A stretch of DNA of 64,000 nt from Candidatus Uhrbacteria bacterium (GCA_016929435.1 JAFGIV010000006.1:8071-72070); one strand, 5' to 3'. Counted from the stretch's first letter, positions 25,315 through 33,967 are shown. Translations and numbers: made by a program. The notes: generated by a model from the sequence alone, not told the origin.

Positions 25315-27147
25315 TTAGTTTTCGGGGATGGTCGGGGACGGCTTTCCCGCCCACTTGGCCAGGTATTTGATCCAGCTGGCGATGTGTCCGCGGGTTTCCT
25401 TCTTGCGCAGGAAATTCAGCAGGGGGTTGCGGATCATGGCCGATTCCCGGCTGTGGGCATGGCGGATCGTCACTTCTGGCAGGTAGTGGATATCCCTTCC
25501 GGACAGCCAGGTGCGGCGGCAGAGATCGACGTCCTCGAAGTATAGCCAGAAGCGGTCATCGAACCCTCCCAGCCGTTTCCAGACGGATCGCGGCAGCATC
25601 ATGGCCGATCCCTGGATCCACTCCACCGGACGGATCGACCGATGGTCATAGTCGCGCATCAGGAACCGGTCGGCGTAGCGTCTGCCCCAGGCGGTTCTCT
25701 TGAGTCCGGAACGGATCACCAGCGGCTGATACCAGGTGGGGAAACGTCGGCAGGTGTCCTGGACGGTTTCGCCGGAGACATCCGTGATCTTCGGTCCGAC
25801 CATCCCGACCTTCGGATGGGCCTTCAGGTAATCGACCATGGAATCGATGGCTTTCGGATCGTTCAGTACCGTATCCGGGTTGAGGATGAAATAGTAGTCG
25901 GCCTCGATTTGGAGGGCCGCCCGGTTGCAGGAACGGCCGTAGCCGTGATCCCCATCCCGCATCAGGCAATACGATCCCGGTAGGACGGACTCAACCAGCT
26001 CGTTGGCCCGATAGGCAACGGAGGCGTTATCCGCCACCACCAGCCTGATTCGGCAGCGGCCGGTTTCGGCGGCCGTTTTCAGGGATTCCAGACAGGCGGA
26101 ATTCAGGTCGTTATGGGAGACCATGATGACGGCCACATCGGTTTCGGCCGGCTCCAGGCAATCCGCCGGCCGGTTATCGCGTATTTTCCGGATAAAATCC
26201 CTTTTTTGGTCCAGGTAGTCCCTGTTTCTCTCGGTATCTTCCCGGCGTTTTTTCAGGAAATGCGGGCAGCGGATTGCCCAATAGGCGGTTTTGGCCATTT
26301 CCACGGCCAGGATGTCCGGGCGACGGAAGATCCAGGTCTTGGGACTGTTGAAGTGTGCCGACATCATCCAGAAATGGTTGCGGAAGGACAGGTAGGCGGT
26401 TTCCTCGGAGAACGGCCGCCTTACGCCTTTCCCGATCGATCGGCGGTGGTAGGCGACGGCCCGGTTGACCGTGTGGGCCCCGAATCCGCCGGCCCGCAGT
26501 CGGAAGGCCAAATCGACGTCCTCCTTATATGACCGATAGGTTTGGTCAAACATTTTCCCCTCCGGATGGCAGGCCCGGACAGCGGCCGTACGGTACATGG
26601 GTAGGCAGCCGGAGACCCCGAAGACCGGCATGGGCCCGGCTGGCAGGAGAATTCCTGTAACCGGCCGTCCGGATCCCATGTCCTCGACCTTCCCGCCCCA
26701 TCCGATTTTCAGTCCGACGGTATCCAACGTTCCGGTCTTCCCGCCGTCCTCCCGGTTTCGGCGCTCGAAATCCCAGCGGTAGATCCGGCCGGAGACGGCG
26801 GCGCAGTCCGGAACGCTGTCCAGCTGTTCGGTCAGCCGTTCCAGGTATTCCGGTTCCAGGAAGGCGTCGTCATTCAGCAACTGGACAAATTCGGAATCGA
26901 CCTTCTCGAAGAGAAGGTTATGGGCTCCGGCGAACCCGATGTTCGTTTCCACCCGGAACAGCTCGATCGGCAGCCCCGATTCCCTGACCGCACGGGCGAT
27001 TTCCTCGGCCTCTTCGGATCGGGAAGCGTTGTCCAACACCAGCAGCCGCCAATTTTTGAGGGTTTGGGCCCCTAAGGAACGAAAAAGCGGCGGCAGGTAG
27101 CGGGAACCGTTGTAGCAGGAGAGTTGAAGCGTCAGTTTGGCGGTCAT
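25315..27147 (-). CDS. Bimodular glycosyltransferase with two tandem GT2 domains
   Basis: N-terminal module LTLQLSCYNGSRYLPPLFRSLGAQTL...VLDNASRSE. Second module VAVIMVSHNDLNSACLESLK...VVADNASV...DGDHGYGRSCN. 4-nt ATGA overlap with the next gene. Confidence 0.85.
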   Translation of the reverse strand: MTAKLTLQLSCYNGSRYLPPLFRSLGAQTLKNWRLLVLDNASRSEEAEEIARAVRESGLPIELFRVETNIGFAGAHNLLFEKVDSEFVQLLNDDAFLEPEYLERLTEQLDSVPDCAAVSGRIYRWDFERRNREDGGKTGTLDTVGLKIGWGGKVEDMGSGRPVTGILLPAGPMPVFGVSGCLPMYRTAAVRACHPEGKMFDQTYRSYKEDVDLAFRLRAGGFGAHTVNRAVAYHRRSIGKGVRRPFSEETAYLSFRNHFWMMSAHFNSPKTWIFRRPDILAVEMAKTAYWAIRCPHFLKKRREDTERNRDYLDQKRDFIRKIRDNRPADCLEPAETDVAVIMVSHNDLNSACLESLKTAAETGRCRIRLVVADNASVAYRANELVESVLPGSYCLMRDGDHGYGRSCNRAALQIEADYYFILNPDTVLNDPKAIDSMVDYLKAHPKVGMVGPKITDVSGETVQDTCRRFPTWYQPLVIRSGLKRTAWGRRYADRFLMRDYDHRSIRPVEWIQGSAMMLPRSVWKRLGGFDDRFWLYFEDVDLCRRTWLSGRDIHYLPEVTIRHAHSRESAMIRNPLLNFLRKKETRGHIASWIKYLAKWAGKPSPTIPEN

Positions 27148-28100
27148 ATCCGTTTTCCGGTCAGTTTTTCGAACAGATCGGCTCCGGCGGCGGCGGCGAC
27201 GGCGAACGGCCGCAGGGCCGCAAGGACGGGAGCCTGCCAGGGACGGCCGTGTTTTCGGAAATAACGGACCATGCTGGCCGTGAAGATGGCCTGCTTTTCC
27301 GCATGGCCCATCAGGGCAAATCCCTGGCCGACATGGTCATGGGCCTCGGCATCGGCAGAGAACCTGATCCGCAGGCCGGCCTTTTGGGCTCGGAGGCAGA
27401 AATCCACCTCCTCAAACCAGAGGTGGTAGCCCTCGTCCAGGTAGCCAATTCGATCCAGGAGTTCCCGCCGGAAGGCAAAGAAAGATCCCCGAACCTGATC
27501 AACATCCTGCGACCGGTAGTAGTCGAAGTCACGGAACATGTACCGGTCCAGCAGCTTGGGGAACAGCCGGCCGATCTTCAGCAGGATGCAGAGCTGGGAG
27601 GCGAAGTCCGGAAAACGGCGGACCGAACCGATCGGCCGGCCGTCATGTCCGATCAGCCTGATCCCGGCAACGCCGACGGTTTGGTCTTCGGTAAGGAGGT
27701 CGTGAACCGTCTTTAGGGCTTTGGGTTCCACCAGCATGTCCGGGTTGAGCAGGATGCAGGTTTGGCCCTTGGCCAGTCGCAGGGCCTGGTTGTTGGGCCC
27801 GGCGAAACCGGCATCCCAATCGTTGGTGACGAGGCGGACCCGGGGAAATTCCCGGCGGATCATCCTGACCGTGCCGTCTTCGGAGTTGTTGTCCACGACC
27901 AGCACCTCAAAACTGACCCCGTGATCCAGGGAAAATAGGCGGGTCAGGTTGGCGCGCAGCAGTTCCCTGACCTTCCAGGTGACGATTATCACGCTGACCG
28001 CCGGTGTCCTTGCCGGTTCTGGCCGGTCGTTGTCTCCTTGCATGATTTTGCCGGTGATACTAAGATTTAGCTTAGGCACGGAAACCGCAATTTCAGTCAT
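27144..28100 (-). CDS. Glycosyltransferase family 2; true start probably the internal MQGDN at 28043
   Basis: VSVIIVTWKVRELLRANLTRLFSL...VVDNNSEDGT...DAGFAGPNNQA. Its 5' end is partially duplicated at 29791-30000. Confidence 0.85.
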   Translation of the reverse strand: MTEIAVSVPKLNLSITGKIMQGDNDRPEPARTPAVSVIIVTWKVRELLRANLTRLFSLDHGVSFEVLVVDNNSEDGTVRMIRREFPRVRLVTNDWDAGFAGPNNQALRLAKGQTCILLNPDMLVEPKALKTVHDLLTEDQTVGVAGIRLIGHDGRPIGSVRRFPDFASQLCILLKIGRLFPKLLDRYMFRDFDYYRSQDVDQVRGSFFAFRRELLDRIGYLDEGYHLWFEEVDFCLRAQKAGLRIRFSADAEAHDHVGQGFALMGHAEKQAIFTASMVRYFRKHGRPWQAPVLAALRPFAVAAAAGADLFEKLTGKRI

Positions 28101-28125
28101 GGTTATCGTCTAAAATTATCGCATT

Positions 28126-28983
28126 ATGGCGGATATCAGTCAATCAATCCCGGTGGTCATACTCTGCGGGGGGAAGGGCACCCGCATGCGGGAGGAGACG
28201 GAGTACCGTCCCAAACCCATGGTGGAGGTCGGCGGTCGGCCTATCCTTTGGCATATAATGAAGCACTACGCCCACTACGGGCACAGGGAGTTCATCCTTT
28301 GTTTGGGATACCGCGGCAACGACATCAAGGACTATTTCCTCCGCCATCACCTGATGGCCAACGATTTCCGGCTGTCCGTTTCCGACGGGCGCTATCACCG
28401 GCCGGACAACGGGGATTATGACGATGACGATTTTCACATCACCTTCGCCGATACCGGATTGGAATCCCTGACCGCCGAGCGGGTTCTCCGGGTAGCCAAA
28501 TACATCCGGACGCCGCGTTTCATGCTGACCTACGGGGACGGCGTCTCTGACCTGGATATCCTCAGGCTTCACGCCCATCACGAGGAACGGCGGCAGACCC
28601 ACGGCGTCGTGGCCACGATCACCGGCATCCACCCCAAGTCCAAGTACGGCCTGGTCTGCTGCGATGACCGCTGTCTGGTCACCAGCTTCAAGGAAAAGCC
28701 CCGCCTGAACGACTACACCAACGGCGGTTTCATGGTCCTGGAGCGCGATTTCATCGGCCAATACTGCCGTCCCGGAAAGATGATCGAGGAGGCGCTGATT
28801 GACGCCAGTCAGGACCGGAAGGTTTCCCTGTACCAGCACGACGGTTTCTGGCACAGCATGGATACGGTCAAGGACAAGGAGGATCTGGAGAGCCTGTGGA
28901 ACAGTGACCCGAAATGGTGCGTTTGGCGGAAGGCCAAGGCAACGGTCGAGCCGGAAAAGGCCTTGGTGGGGGAGAACAGGTAG
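28126..28983 (+). CDS. rfbF: Glucose-1-phosphate cytidylyltransferase (CDP-glucose pyrophosphorylase)
   Basis: VVILCGGKGTRMREETEYRPKPMVEVGGRPILWHIMKHYAHYGHREFILCLGYRG...NGGFMVLERDF...HDGFWHSMDTVKDKEDLESLW closely matches Salmonella/Yersinia RfbF. Confidence 0.9.
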   Translation: MADISQSIPVVILCGGKGTRMREETEYRPKPMVEVGGRPILWHIMKHYAHYGHREFILCLGYRGNDIKDYFLRHHLMANDFRLSVSDGRYHRPDNGDYDDDDFHITFADTGLESLTAERVLRVAKYIRTPRFMLTYGDGVSDLDILRLHAHHEERRQTHGVVATITGIHPKSKYGLVCCDDRCLVTSFKEKPRLNDYTNGGFMVLERDFIGQYCRPGKMIEEALIDASQDRKVSLYQHDGFWHSMDTVKDKEDLESLWNSDPKWCVWRKAKATVEPEKALVGENR

Positions 28984-29018
28984 GTGACCACCCATAAATT
29001 CGCACGCATCCATGAGAC

Positions 29019-29047
29019 TTGACTTTTGTGCCATGATTGTATTATAT
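29019..29047 (+). promoter_or_regulatory. Sigma70-like promoter (TTGACT-17-TTATAT)
   Basis: Upstream of hicB-like gene. Confidence 0.5.
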
Positions 29048-29072
29048 TAGGCGCTAATAAAGAGTACGCAGC

Positions 29073-29396
29073 ATGAACGGTATTTATAGGACAATTTGTC
29101 GCTGGTTCTTGCCGCCGATGGACAGGGTGGAGATGCGACGCCATTACGGCCTGCCGGAGACACTCAACCTTTCCTTCCGAATCACGCCGGACGGGTGGTT
29201 TGCTGTCAGCTCGCCGGACTTGCCGGGGTTCGTGACCCAGGCGCGAAGCCGCAAGGAATTGCTGACGGCTCTCAACGATGCCGTGCTGACTTATTTTGAT
29301 GTTCCCCGGCATTGCGGCGAGGTGGTGTATGACCAACTGAACATCGGTGGCGAGGTCGTCACCTTCGAGGGTGCGCTTAAGGTCAGCCACGCCTGA
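29073..29396 (+). CDS. hicB: HicB-family antitoxin (UPF0150)
   Basis: LSFRITPDGWFAVSSPDLPGFVTQARSRKELLTALNDAVLTYFD matches the HicB N-terminal domain (xxPDLPGCxxxGxTxEEALxxAxEAL). Confidence 0.7.
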   Translation: MNGIYRTICRWFLPPMDRVEMRRHYGLPETLNLSFRITPDGWFAVSSPDLPGFVTQARSRKELLTALNDAVLTYFDVPRHCGEVVYDQLNIGGEVVTFEGALKVSHA

Positions 29397-29408
29397 CTTG
29401 CGCCAACA

Positions 29409-29657
29409 ATGGGGACGTGGAACTTCACGACCAAGCAATGCGTCCACGCCCTTCGGCGACTCGGTTTCTTTCTCTGCAACAAGGGGCGGCGGGGCGACCA
29501 CGACAAGTATTGCGTGCCGGAGCACCTGAAACGCCAAGGCTTCGCTTTCATCATGGTGCCACGCCACAATGACCTGCATTGCCAAGAGGAAATCGTGAAG
29601 GAATTGCACGCCCTCGGCGGCGACGACCTGATCCAGAAATTCAAGGAAAATCTATAG
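29409..29657 (+). CDS. hicA: HicA-family mRNA interferase toxin (YcfA-like)
   Basis: CVHALRRLGFFLCNKGRRGDHDKY...FIMVPRHNDLHCQEEIVKELHALG fits the HicA pattern (LxxxGFxxxRxxGSHHxx...VPxHxxL). 12 nt after hicB. Confidence 0.7.
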   Translation: MGTWNFTTKQCVHALRRLGFFLCNKGRRGDHDKYCVPEHLKRQGFAFIMVPRHNDLHCQEEIVKELHALGGDDLIQKFKENL

Positions 29658-29663
29658 AAAACA

Positions 29664-29690
29664 GAAACCGCTCCCTGTTGGCGGTTTTGG
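29664..29690 (+). terminator. Rho-independent terminator
   Basis: aaaccgc-tccctgttg-gcggtttt. Confidence 0.7.
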
Positions 29691-29749
29691 TTATATGGCG
29701 GAATGGGTAACAGCTTGACGTGAGACCGTGATTAGCAAGATACCGTGCC

Positions 29750-29789
29750 CATAAAGTCTCCTGTGCCTGCCCTTCGGGGGGTGTAGGGG
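29750..29789 (+). repeat. Promoter-proximal leader repeat RepX copy 1 (CATAAAGTCTCCTGYGCCTGCCCTTCGGGGGRGTGT)
   Basis: About 38 of 40 nt identical to 33887-33927. Both copies start about 7 nt after a TTGAC(G/A)-17-(-10) promoter with identical spacing. Confidence 0.6.
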
Positions 29790-29790
29790 T

Positions 29791-30000
29791 GGGCAAAACC
29801 GGAGTTCCAGTCGTTGGTTATCAGCCGCACCGCCTGAAACCGTTGCCGGACCATCCGGACCGTACCGCCACCTGAGCCGTTGTCCACGACGATCACCTCG
29901 AAACGGACACCGTGGTCCAGCGCAAAGAGTCGCTTTAGGTTGTCATGCGGCAGCTCCCGAACCTTCTATGTGACGATGATGACGCTGACGTCGATTTTGG
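29791..30000 (-). pseudogene. GT2 glycosyltransferase 5' fragment (partial duplicate of the 5' end of gene 27144..28100) with in-frame stop
   Basis: Minus-strand translation VSVIIVT*KVRELPHDNLKRLFALDHGVRFEVIVVDNGSGGGTVRMVRQRFQAVRLITNDWNSGFA; about 70% nucleotide identity to 27786-27990. Confidence 0.6.
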
Positions 30001-30061
30001 TAGTTTTGGTTTTCGTCTGGTTCGGTAAAGATATGCTTAATCATGGCCAGAAAAGGGGAAT

Positions 30062-30841
30062 TTAGTCCAGCTTGGCCTGGGTGATGAAGGTTGGGAACAG
30101 TTTCACCTTTTGGGCATCTTGGGCATTGAACAGGAATGGCTGGACATCTCGGGCCAGCCCATCGAAATCAAGGTCCTTGATTATTTCTCCGATCTTCAAC
30201 CGAAGGGATTTCGAATCGCTGACGCCTATCTTCAAATTGAGATAGGGATAGTTCGGCTTAGCGAAGGAGAGCAGAAAGACGATATCGAAAAAATCACGCC
30301 CCTTGGCCCTTGGTCGGTTGGCGATCGCCCATATTTTCCGGGATAGGAGGATATCCGTCGGCGTTACGAAAATCTTCGAGAAAACGTCGAAGCGGTTCAA
30401 TATCCTGCTTTCGGGTCGGTACTCGAAACCGTGGGTCAGACTGTCGATTTGGATGAGTATCTTTTCCCCCTCATGCGGGGACAGGTCGTTGGCGAACAGG
30501 ACATTCGGCAGACGAATCCGACAGCGGTAGGCCTCCTTTCCGGCCAGACTGATTTCCACCGCCATGCCCTGGGCCTCCAGACCAAGGCGGACCTTTTGCG
30601 CCAAGGCCCCGAATTCGTCCTCGTTCAGTCCGAAGTTGTCGAAATCCAGGTCCTCGGAGAATCGGGTGTTGTCGTGTACGATCCGCAGGGCCGTCCCGCC
30701 CAGGAAGGAAAGTTTCGGGGCAAATTCCGAGGCGAAGATGATCTCCAGAATCTTGAACTGCAGGTATTCCCGGAGCAGGTTTTTCTTGTATGGCCTAAGC
30801 GGTGCCGGGTATTGCTGCTCGATCTGTTGGAGGGTAAGCAT
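30062..30841 (-). CDS. abiEii: AbiEii nucleotidyltransferase toxin (DUF1814), type IV TA / abortive infection
   Basis: LSFLGGTALRIVHDNTRFSEDLDFDN is the AbiEii/DUF1814 hallmark (fkGGTAL...RfSEDiDf). Lower GC than surroundings. Confidence 0.85.
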   Translation of the reverse strand: MLTLQQIEQQYPAPLRPYKKNLLREYLQFKILEIIFASEFAPKLSFLGGTALRIVHDNTRFSEDLDFDNFGLNEDEFGALAQKVRLGLEAQGMAVEISLAGKEAYRCRIRLPNVLFANDLSPHEGEKILIQIDSLTHGFEYRPESRILNRFDVFSKIFVTPTDILLSRKIWAIANRPRAKGRDFFDIVFLLSFAKPNYPYLNLKIGVSDSKSLRLKIGEIIKDLDFDGLARDVQPFLFNAQDAQKVKLFPTFITQAKLD

Positions 30842-30843
30842 AT

Positions 30844-31461
30844 CTATTGGGTTTTGATCATCTTAAGCAATTTCTCCAGCCGGTTCATCAGCCGCCGATT
30901 TCCGAATTCCGTGGCGTATCGGCGCAACTTGTCCTCATCCATATTGGCGGTGAATTCCCTTCCGTTGAACCGCCATTCGTGGTAATCGGCATCATCGGTG
31001 ATTTTCGGGTTCAGGTACAGGTAGTCAAGGACGGCCTTCTCCATCTCGGCGATCTTGTAGCCCTGCCCGTTCAGCTTGTCGATCCGATAGCCGAAGTGCA
31101 GTGAGGTTTTGAGGTGACGGTAGGTGAAGTGGGCCAAGGGCGTCTGAAAGGAGACGGTTTTCCTGACGGAGACCGAGGTAATCGAATAGACCCCTTCCGG
31201 TATCAGTCCATAGTGCGAAAGGGCCGACTCCAGGGAGACATAGGAAGGGGAGTAAAGGCGGTTGGCGATCAGAAAAAGGGTTTCCTCGTCGATATTTTGA
31301 TCAGAAAAGGAGTAGTAACCGCGGCGTATCTTCTTGATGTAACCCTTTTTTTGCCATTCAACGAGTCTTGGGCTATAAAATTTTGGCTCAACCTTGCGGA
31401 TATCGTTTAGGGAAAAGATCAGAAAACCTTTCAGTTGCTCCCTAAGTTCTGCTATCTTCAT
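30844..31461 (-). CDS. abiEi: AbiEi antitoxin / transcriptional regulator
   Basis: N-terminal LREQLKGFLIFSLNDIRKVEPKFYSPRLVEWQKKGYIKKIRRGYY matches the AbiEi N-terminal wHTH. Immediately upstream of abiEii. The ATG at 31461 is preferred over the TTG at 31482, which lies inside the operator palindrome. Confidence 0.8.
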   Translation of the reverse strand: MKIAELREQLKGFLIFSLNDIRKVEPKFYSPRLVEWQKKGYIKKIRRGYYSFSDQNIDEETLFLIANRLYSPSYVSLESALSHYGLIPEGVYSITSVSVRKTVSFQTPLAHFTYRHLKTSLHFGYRIDKLNGQGYKIAEMEKAVLDYLYLNPKITDDADYHEWRFNGREFTANMDEDKLRRYATEFGNRRLMNRLEKLLKMIKTQ

Positions 31462-31466
31462 ATTTA

Positions 31467-31512
31467 TTATAATTCCGAACAATACTAATATTAGTATTCT
31501 TTGGAATTATAA
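31467..31512. promoter_or_regulatory. Nested 46-bp palindrome (likely AbiEi operator)
   Basis: ttataattcc-gaac-AATACTAATATTAGTATT-cttt-ggaattataa; inner 18-bp perfect palindrome with outer 10-bp arms. Confidence 0.5.
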
Positions 31513-31588
31513 TATCATAATTTTGGAGGTAATACAAGGGAAATGATCAAAATATTGTGCAGGAATTTTTTAAAACCGCCGTCTTGCC

Positions 31589-31855
31589 TTACCGCCTCCT
31601 GCGGGCGGCGCCGTAGAATCCGAGGTCGATCGTGACGGCCACGGCCATGTCGATGACGGCCCAGGTTGACCAGGATCCATGGAGCCAGTTGGTGACCACG
31701 GAGTACCAGAGCACGGCCCGCGGCAGGAATACGAACCCCAAGATCGGCCACAGCCGACCGTCGAATACGCCGTCGAACCACTCGGTGAGGAAATAGGCGT
31801 AAAGGGAGAATATCCGGGGCAGGCACAACCCGAACAGGAATCCAAAATACGGCAT
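31589..31855 (-). CDS. Small membrane protein (2-3 TM), hypothetical
   Basis: MPYFGFLFGLCLPRIFSLYAYFL...LWPILGFVFLP...VIDMAVAVTIDLGFYGAARRRR. TATAAT box upstream on the minus strand. Confidence 0.45.
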   Translation of the reverse strand: MPYFGFLFGLCLPRIFSLYAYFLTEWFDGVFDGRLWPILGFVFLPRAVLWYSVVTNWLHGSWSTWAVIDMAVAVTIDLGFYGAARRRR

Positions 31856-32029
31856 GGTTTTTGGGGTTAAATCTGCGACTTATCCAATATGATTATACAC
31901 CAACGGCTCTCGCGTGACAGGATGGGATAGGGCAAAGCACCGCCCGGAGGGGGGGGTGGTGATTGTTTGCCATGATCGAGATATTTTTTGCGATTATTGG
32001 TATGATATTGGCAATCAGCCCAATGAATT

Positions 32030-32797
32030 ATGCAACTGTCATTCGATATCTCCCTTGCCGAACAATACAAGAGCCGATCCCAGGCCATTCGGGTCATGAC
32101 CGAATCGTGGGTTAGGAATACGATTTTTTGTCCCGGTTGCGGTCAGGATATCAGTGAATATCCCAACAACAACCCGGTCGGGGATTTTTTCTGTTCTCGG
32201 TGTTCTGAGGATTACGAGCTGAAGAGTAAATCCGGTAAGTTTACGGGCAAGGTCGTCGATGGGGCCTACCGGACGATGATCCAGAGGTTGGAGAGCGACG
32301 ACAACCCCAATTTTTTTCTCCTTAACTACAATCCGGACGTCAATGAGGTTACCGATCTGGCGGTCATTCCCAGGCATTTCTTTACCCCGAAGATCATCGA
32401 GAGGCGCAAGCCGTTGTCGGTCGGTGCCGATAGGGCCAACTGGGTCGGCTGCAATATCCTGATTCGAGATATCCCGAACAGCGGGAAGATATTCTATGTT
32501 CGGGGCGGACAGGTCAATACCAGGAAGAAGGTCATGGATGACTGGCAACGAACCTTGTTCCTGCGCGAAACGGGTAAGCCTGACCTGCGGGGATGGACTT
32601 TGGACGTCATGAAATGCATCGACGACATCGGCAAATCGGTATTTTCGTTGGATGATGTTTACGCTTTTGAGCCGGTTCTGTCCAAGAGACACGTCAATAA
32701 CCGCCACATTAGGGATAAGATTCGCCAGCAGCTGCAGGTCTTGAGGGATGGGGGATATCTGGAGTTCGTTGGGAGGGGAACCTACCGTCTTATATGA
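32030..32797 (+). CDS. DpnI-like methyl-directed (Type IIM) restriction endonuclease
   Basis: MQLSFDISLAEQYKSRSQAIRVMTESWVRNTIFCPGCG...DFFCSRCSEDYELKSKSGKFTG...DGAYRTMIQRLESDDNPNFFLLNY...KIRQQLQVLRDGGYLEFVGRGTYRLI aligns along its full length with S. pneumoniae DpnI (MELHFNLELVETYKSNSQKARILTEDWVYRQSYCPNCG...). Extended -10 (TGgTATGAT) upstream. Confidence 0.85.
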   Translation: MQLSFDISLAEQYKSRSQAIRVMTESWVRNTIFCPGCGQDISEYPNNNPVGDFFCSRCSEDYELKSKSGKFTGKVVDGAYRTMIQRLESDDNPNFFLLNYNPDVNEVTDLAVIPRHFFTPKIIERRKPLSVGADRANWVGCNILIRDIPNSGKIFYVRGGQVNTRKKVMDDWQRTLFLRETGKPDLRGWTLDVMKCIDDIGKSVFSLDDVYAFEPVLSKRHVNNRHIRDKIRQQLQVLRDGGYLEFVGRGTYRLI

Positions 32798-32811
32798 AAC
32801 TACGGAAATTC

Positions 32812-32973
32812 ATGGGTGAATTGTCCAAAATCGCCGCCAAACACGGCGACGACTTGGAGGTTACGATGGCCGATTTCAAGCCGGTGGTGACGCCGTGTGT
32901 GGTCTACGATTCTAGTGGTACAACGGTGATTGTTACGGATATGGAGGATGACGAAAGTGAAGTTCCCAACTGA
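32812..32973 (+). CDS. Small 53-aa ORF downstream of the DpnI-like gene (hypothetical)
   Basis: MGELSKIAAKHGDDLEVTMADFKPVVTPCVVYDSSGTTVIVTDMEDDESEVPN; ends just before a terminator. Below the track cutoff. Confidence 0.3.
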   Translation: MGELSKIAAKHGDDLEVTMADFKPVVTPCVVYDSSGTTVIVTDMEDDESEVPN

Positions 32974-32995
32974 GGACAACCTTTATTTTTTCTGG

Positions 32996-33024
32996 AAAAC
33001 CCCGCCCCCTCGGCGGGGGTTTTG
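32996..33024. terminator. Bidirectional terminator
   Basis: aaaaccccgcccc-ctcg-gcgggggtttt. TATAAT at 33026-33031 follows. Confidence 0.8.
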
Positions 33025-33078
33025 GTATAATTAACGCATATCCAAAAATCCAAATAATCCATTGCCAACCCCATCCCC

Positions 33079-33558
33079 ATGCAACCCGACTTTTCCCGCC
33101 AGCTGATCAAGGGCAAGATCGCCGAGGTGGTCTTCGAGCAGATGTTTCGCGACACCGGGCGGTTTACGGTAATTCCGTTCGGGTATGAGACGGTCATGCC
33201 GGAACTCATGCAGTACGCCATGGGCGAGGCCTATCGGGACCTGGTGGACAACATCCGGAACGCCCCGGACTTCGCCATCGTCTCCCATAACCCGGACGAG
33301 GTCTTTCTGGTGGAGGTGAAATACCGGCCGAAGATGAACGCCGAGGACGTCAGGAAGTACGCCAAGGTCATCTACGAGCGCTGGAAGCTGGCCTGGCTGT
33401 TCTACGCCACCCCGGAAGGCTTCTTTTTGGGCAAGTGCACGGACCTCCTTGGGGACGATTCGCGGATCAGGCCCCTGGACGAGCGGTTCGTCAGCCGGGA
33501 CATCCAGGACAGGCATTTGCTGCTGCTTCGGGAGTTTTTGGGAAATAGGGGAGGGTAA
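33079..33558 (+). CDS. PD-(D/E)XK-superfamily nuclease-like protein (hypothetical)
   Basis: APDFAIVSHNPDEVFLVEVKYR gives the D...(D/E)VK signature. N-terminus KGKIAEVVFEQMFRDTGRFTVIPFGYE resembles an Mrr-cat-like core. Confidence 0.55.
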   Translation: MQPDFSRQLIKGKIAEVVFEQMFRDTGRFTVIPFGYETVMPELMQYAMGEAYRDLVDNIRNAPDFAIVSHNPDEVFLVEVKYRPKMNAEDVRKYAKVIYERWKLAWLFYATPEGFFLGKCTDLLGDDSRIRPLDERFVSRDIQDRHLLLLREFLGNRGG

Positions 33559-33607
33559 GGGGGTCAATCGCACCGTGTCGGTTGCGCCACCGGTCCTTTG
33601 GCACGCA

Positions 33608-33664
33608 TAAAACCGCCAGCTTGCGCTGACGGTTTTGTGGTGGGCGGCAGAGGAGTCGAACCTC
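33608..33664. repeat. 57-nt direct repeat: displaced copy of the tRNA-Val 3' end (28 nt) plus its downstream hairpin
   Basis: aaaaccgccagcttgCgctgacggttttgtggtgggcggcagaggagtcgaacctct; 56 of 57 identical to 34702-34758. Confidence 0.8.
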
Positions 33665-33852
33665 TATCAGCCAAAATCAGGGGGAGGCTAAAGCAAGTCA
33701 AAAAACCAAGAAAAGAGTCTCTACACAAACAAGATACCGATTATCACAAGTCGCCGTTGGCCAGCGTCAACCGCCGCAACCCGTCACTTCGTGGGCAACC
33801 CGTGGGCAACACTTCGGGGGAGGTGGTGGGGTGTGGTTGGGGATAAAGCCTA

Positions 33853-33881
33853 TTGACATTCTGGGAATAGGTTGCTATTGT
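33853..33881 (+). promoter_or_regulatory. Sigma70-like promoter (TTGACA-17-TATTGT) driving RepX copy 2 / NYN gene
   Basis: -35 33853-33858, -10 33876-33881. TSS predicted at the first base of the RepX repeat. Confidence 0.5.
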
Positions 33882-33886
33882 AGAGG

Positions 33887-33927
33887 CATAAAGTCTCCTG
33901 CGCCTGCCCTTCGGGGGAGTGTGCAGG
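33887..33927 (+). repeat. RepX copy 2: leader hairpin followed by a T-run (terminator/attenuator-like)
   Basis: cataaagtctcctgcgcctgcccttcgggggagtgtgcagg followed by acttttatttttatt. Imperfect stem TCCTGCGC/TGTGCAGGA enclosing CCC-TTCG-GGG. Confidence 0.55.
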
Positions 33928-33967
33928 ACTTTTATTTTTATTGTTAAAAGGATAAAGTGCGTTTATT

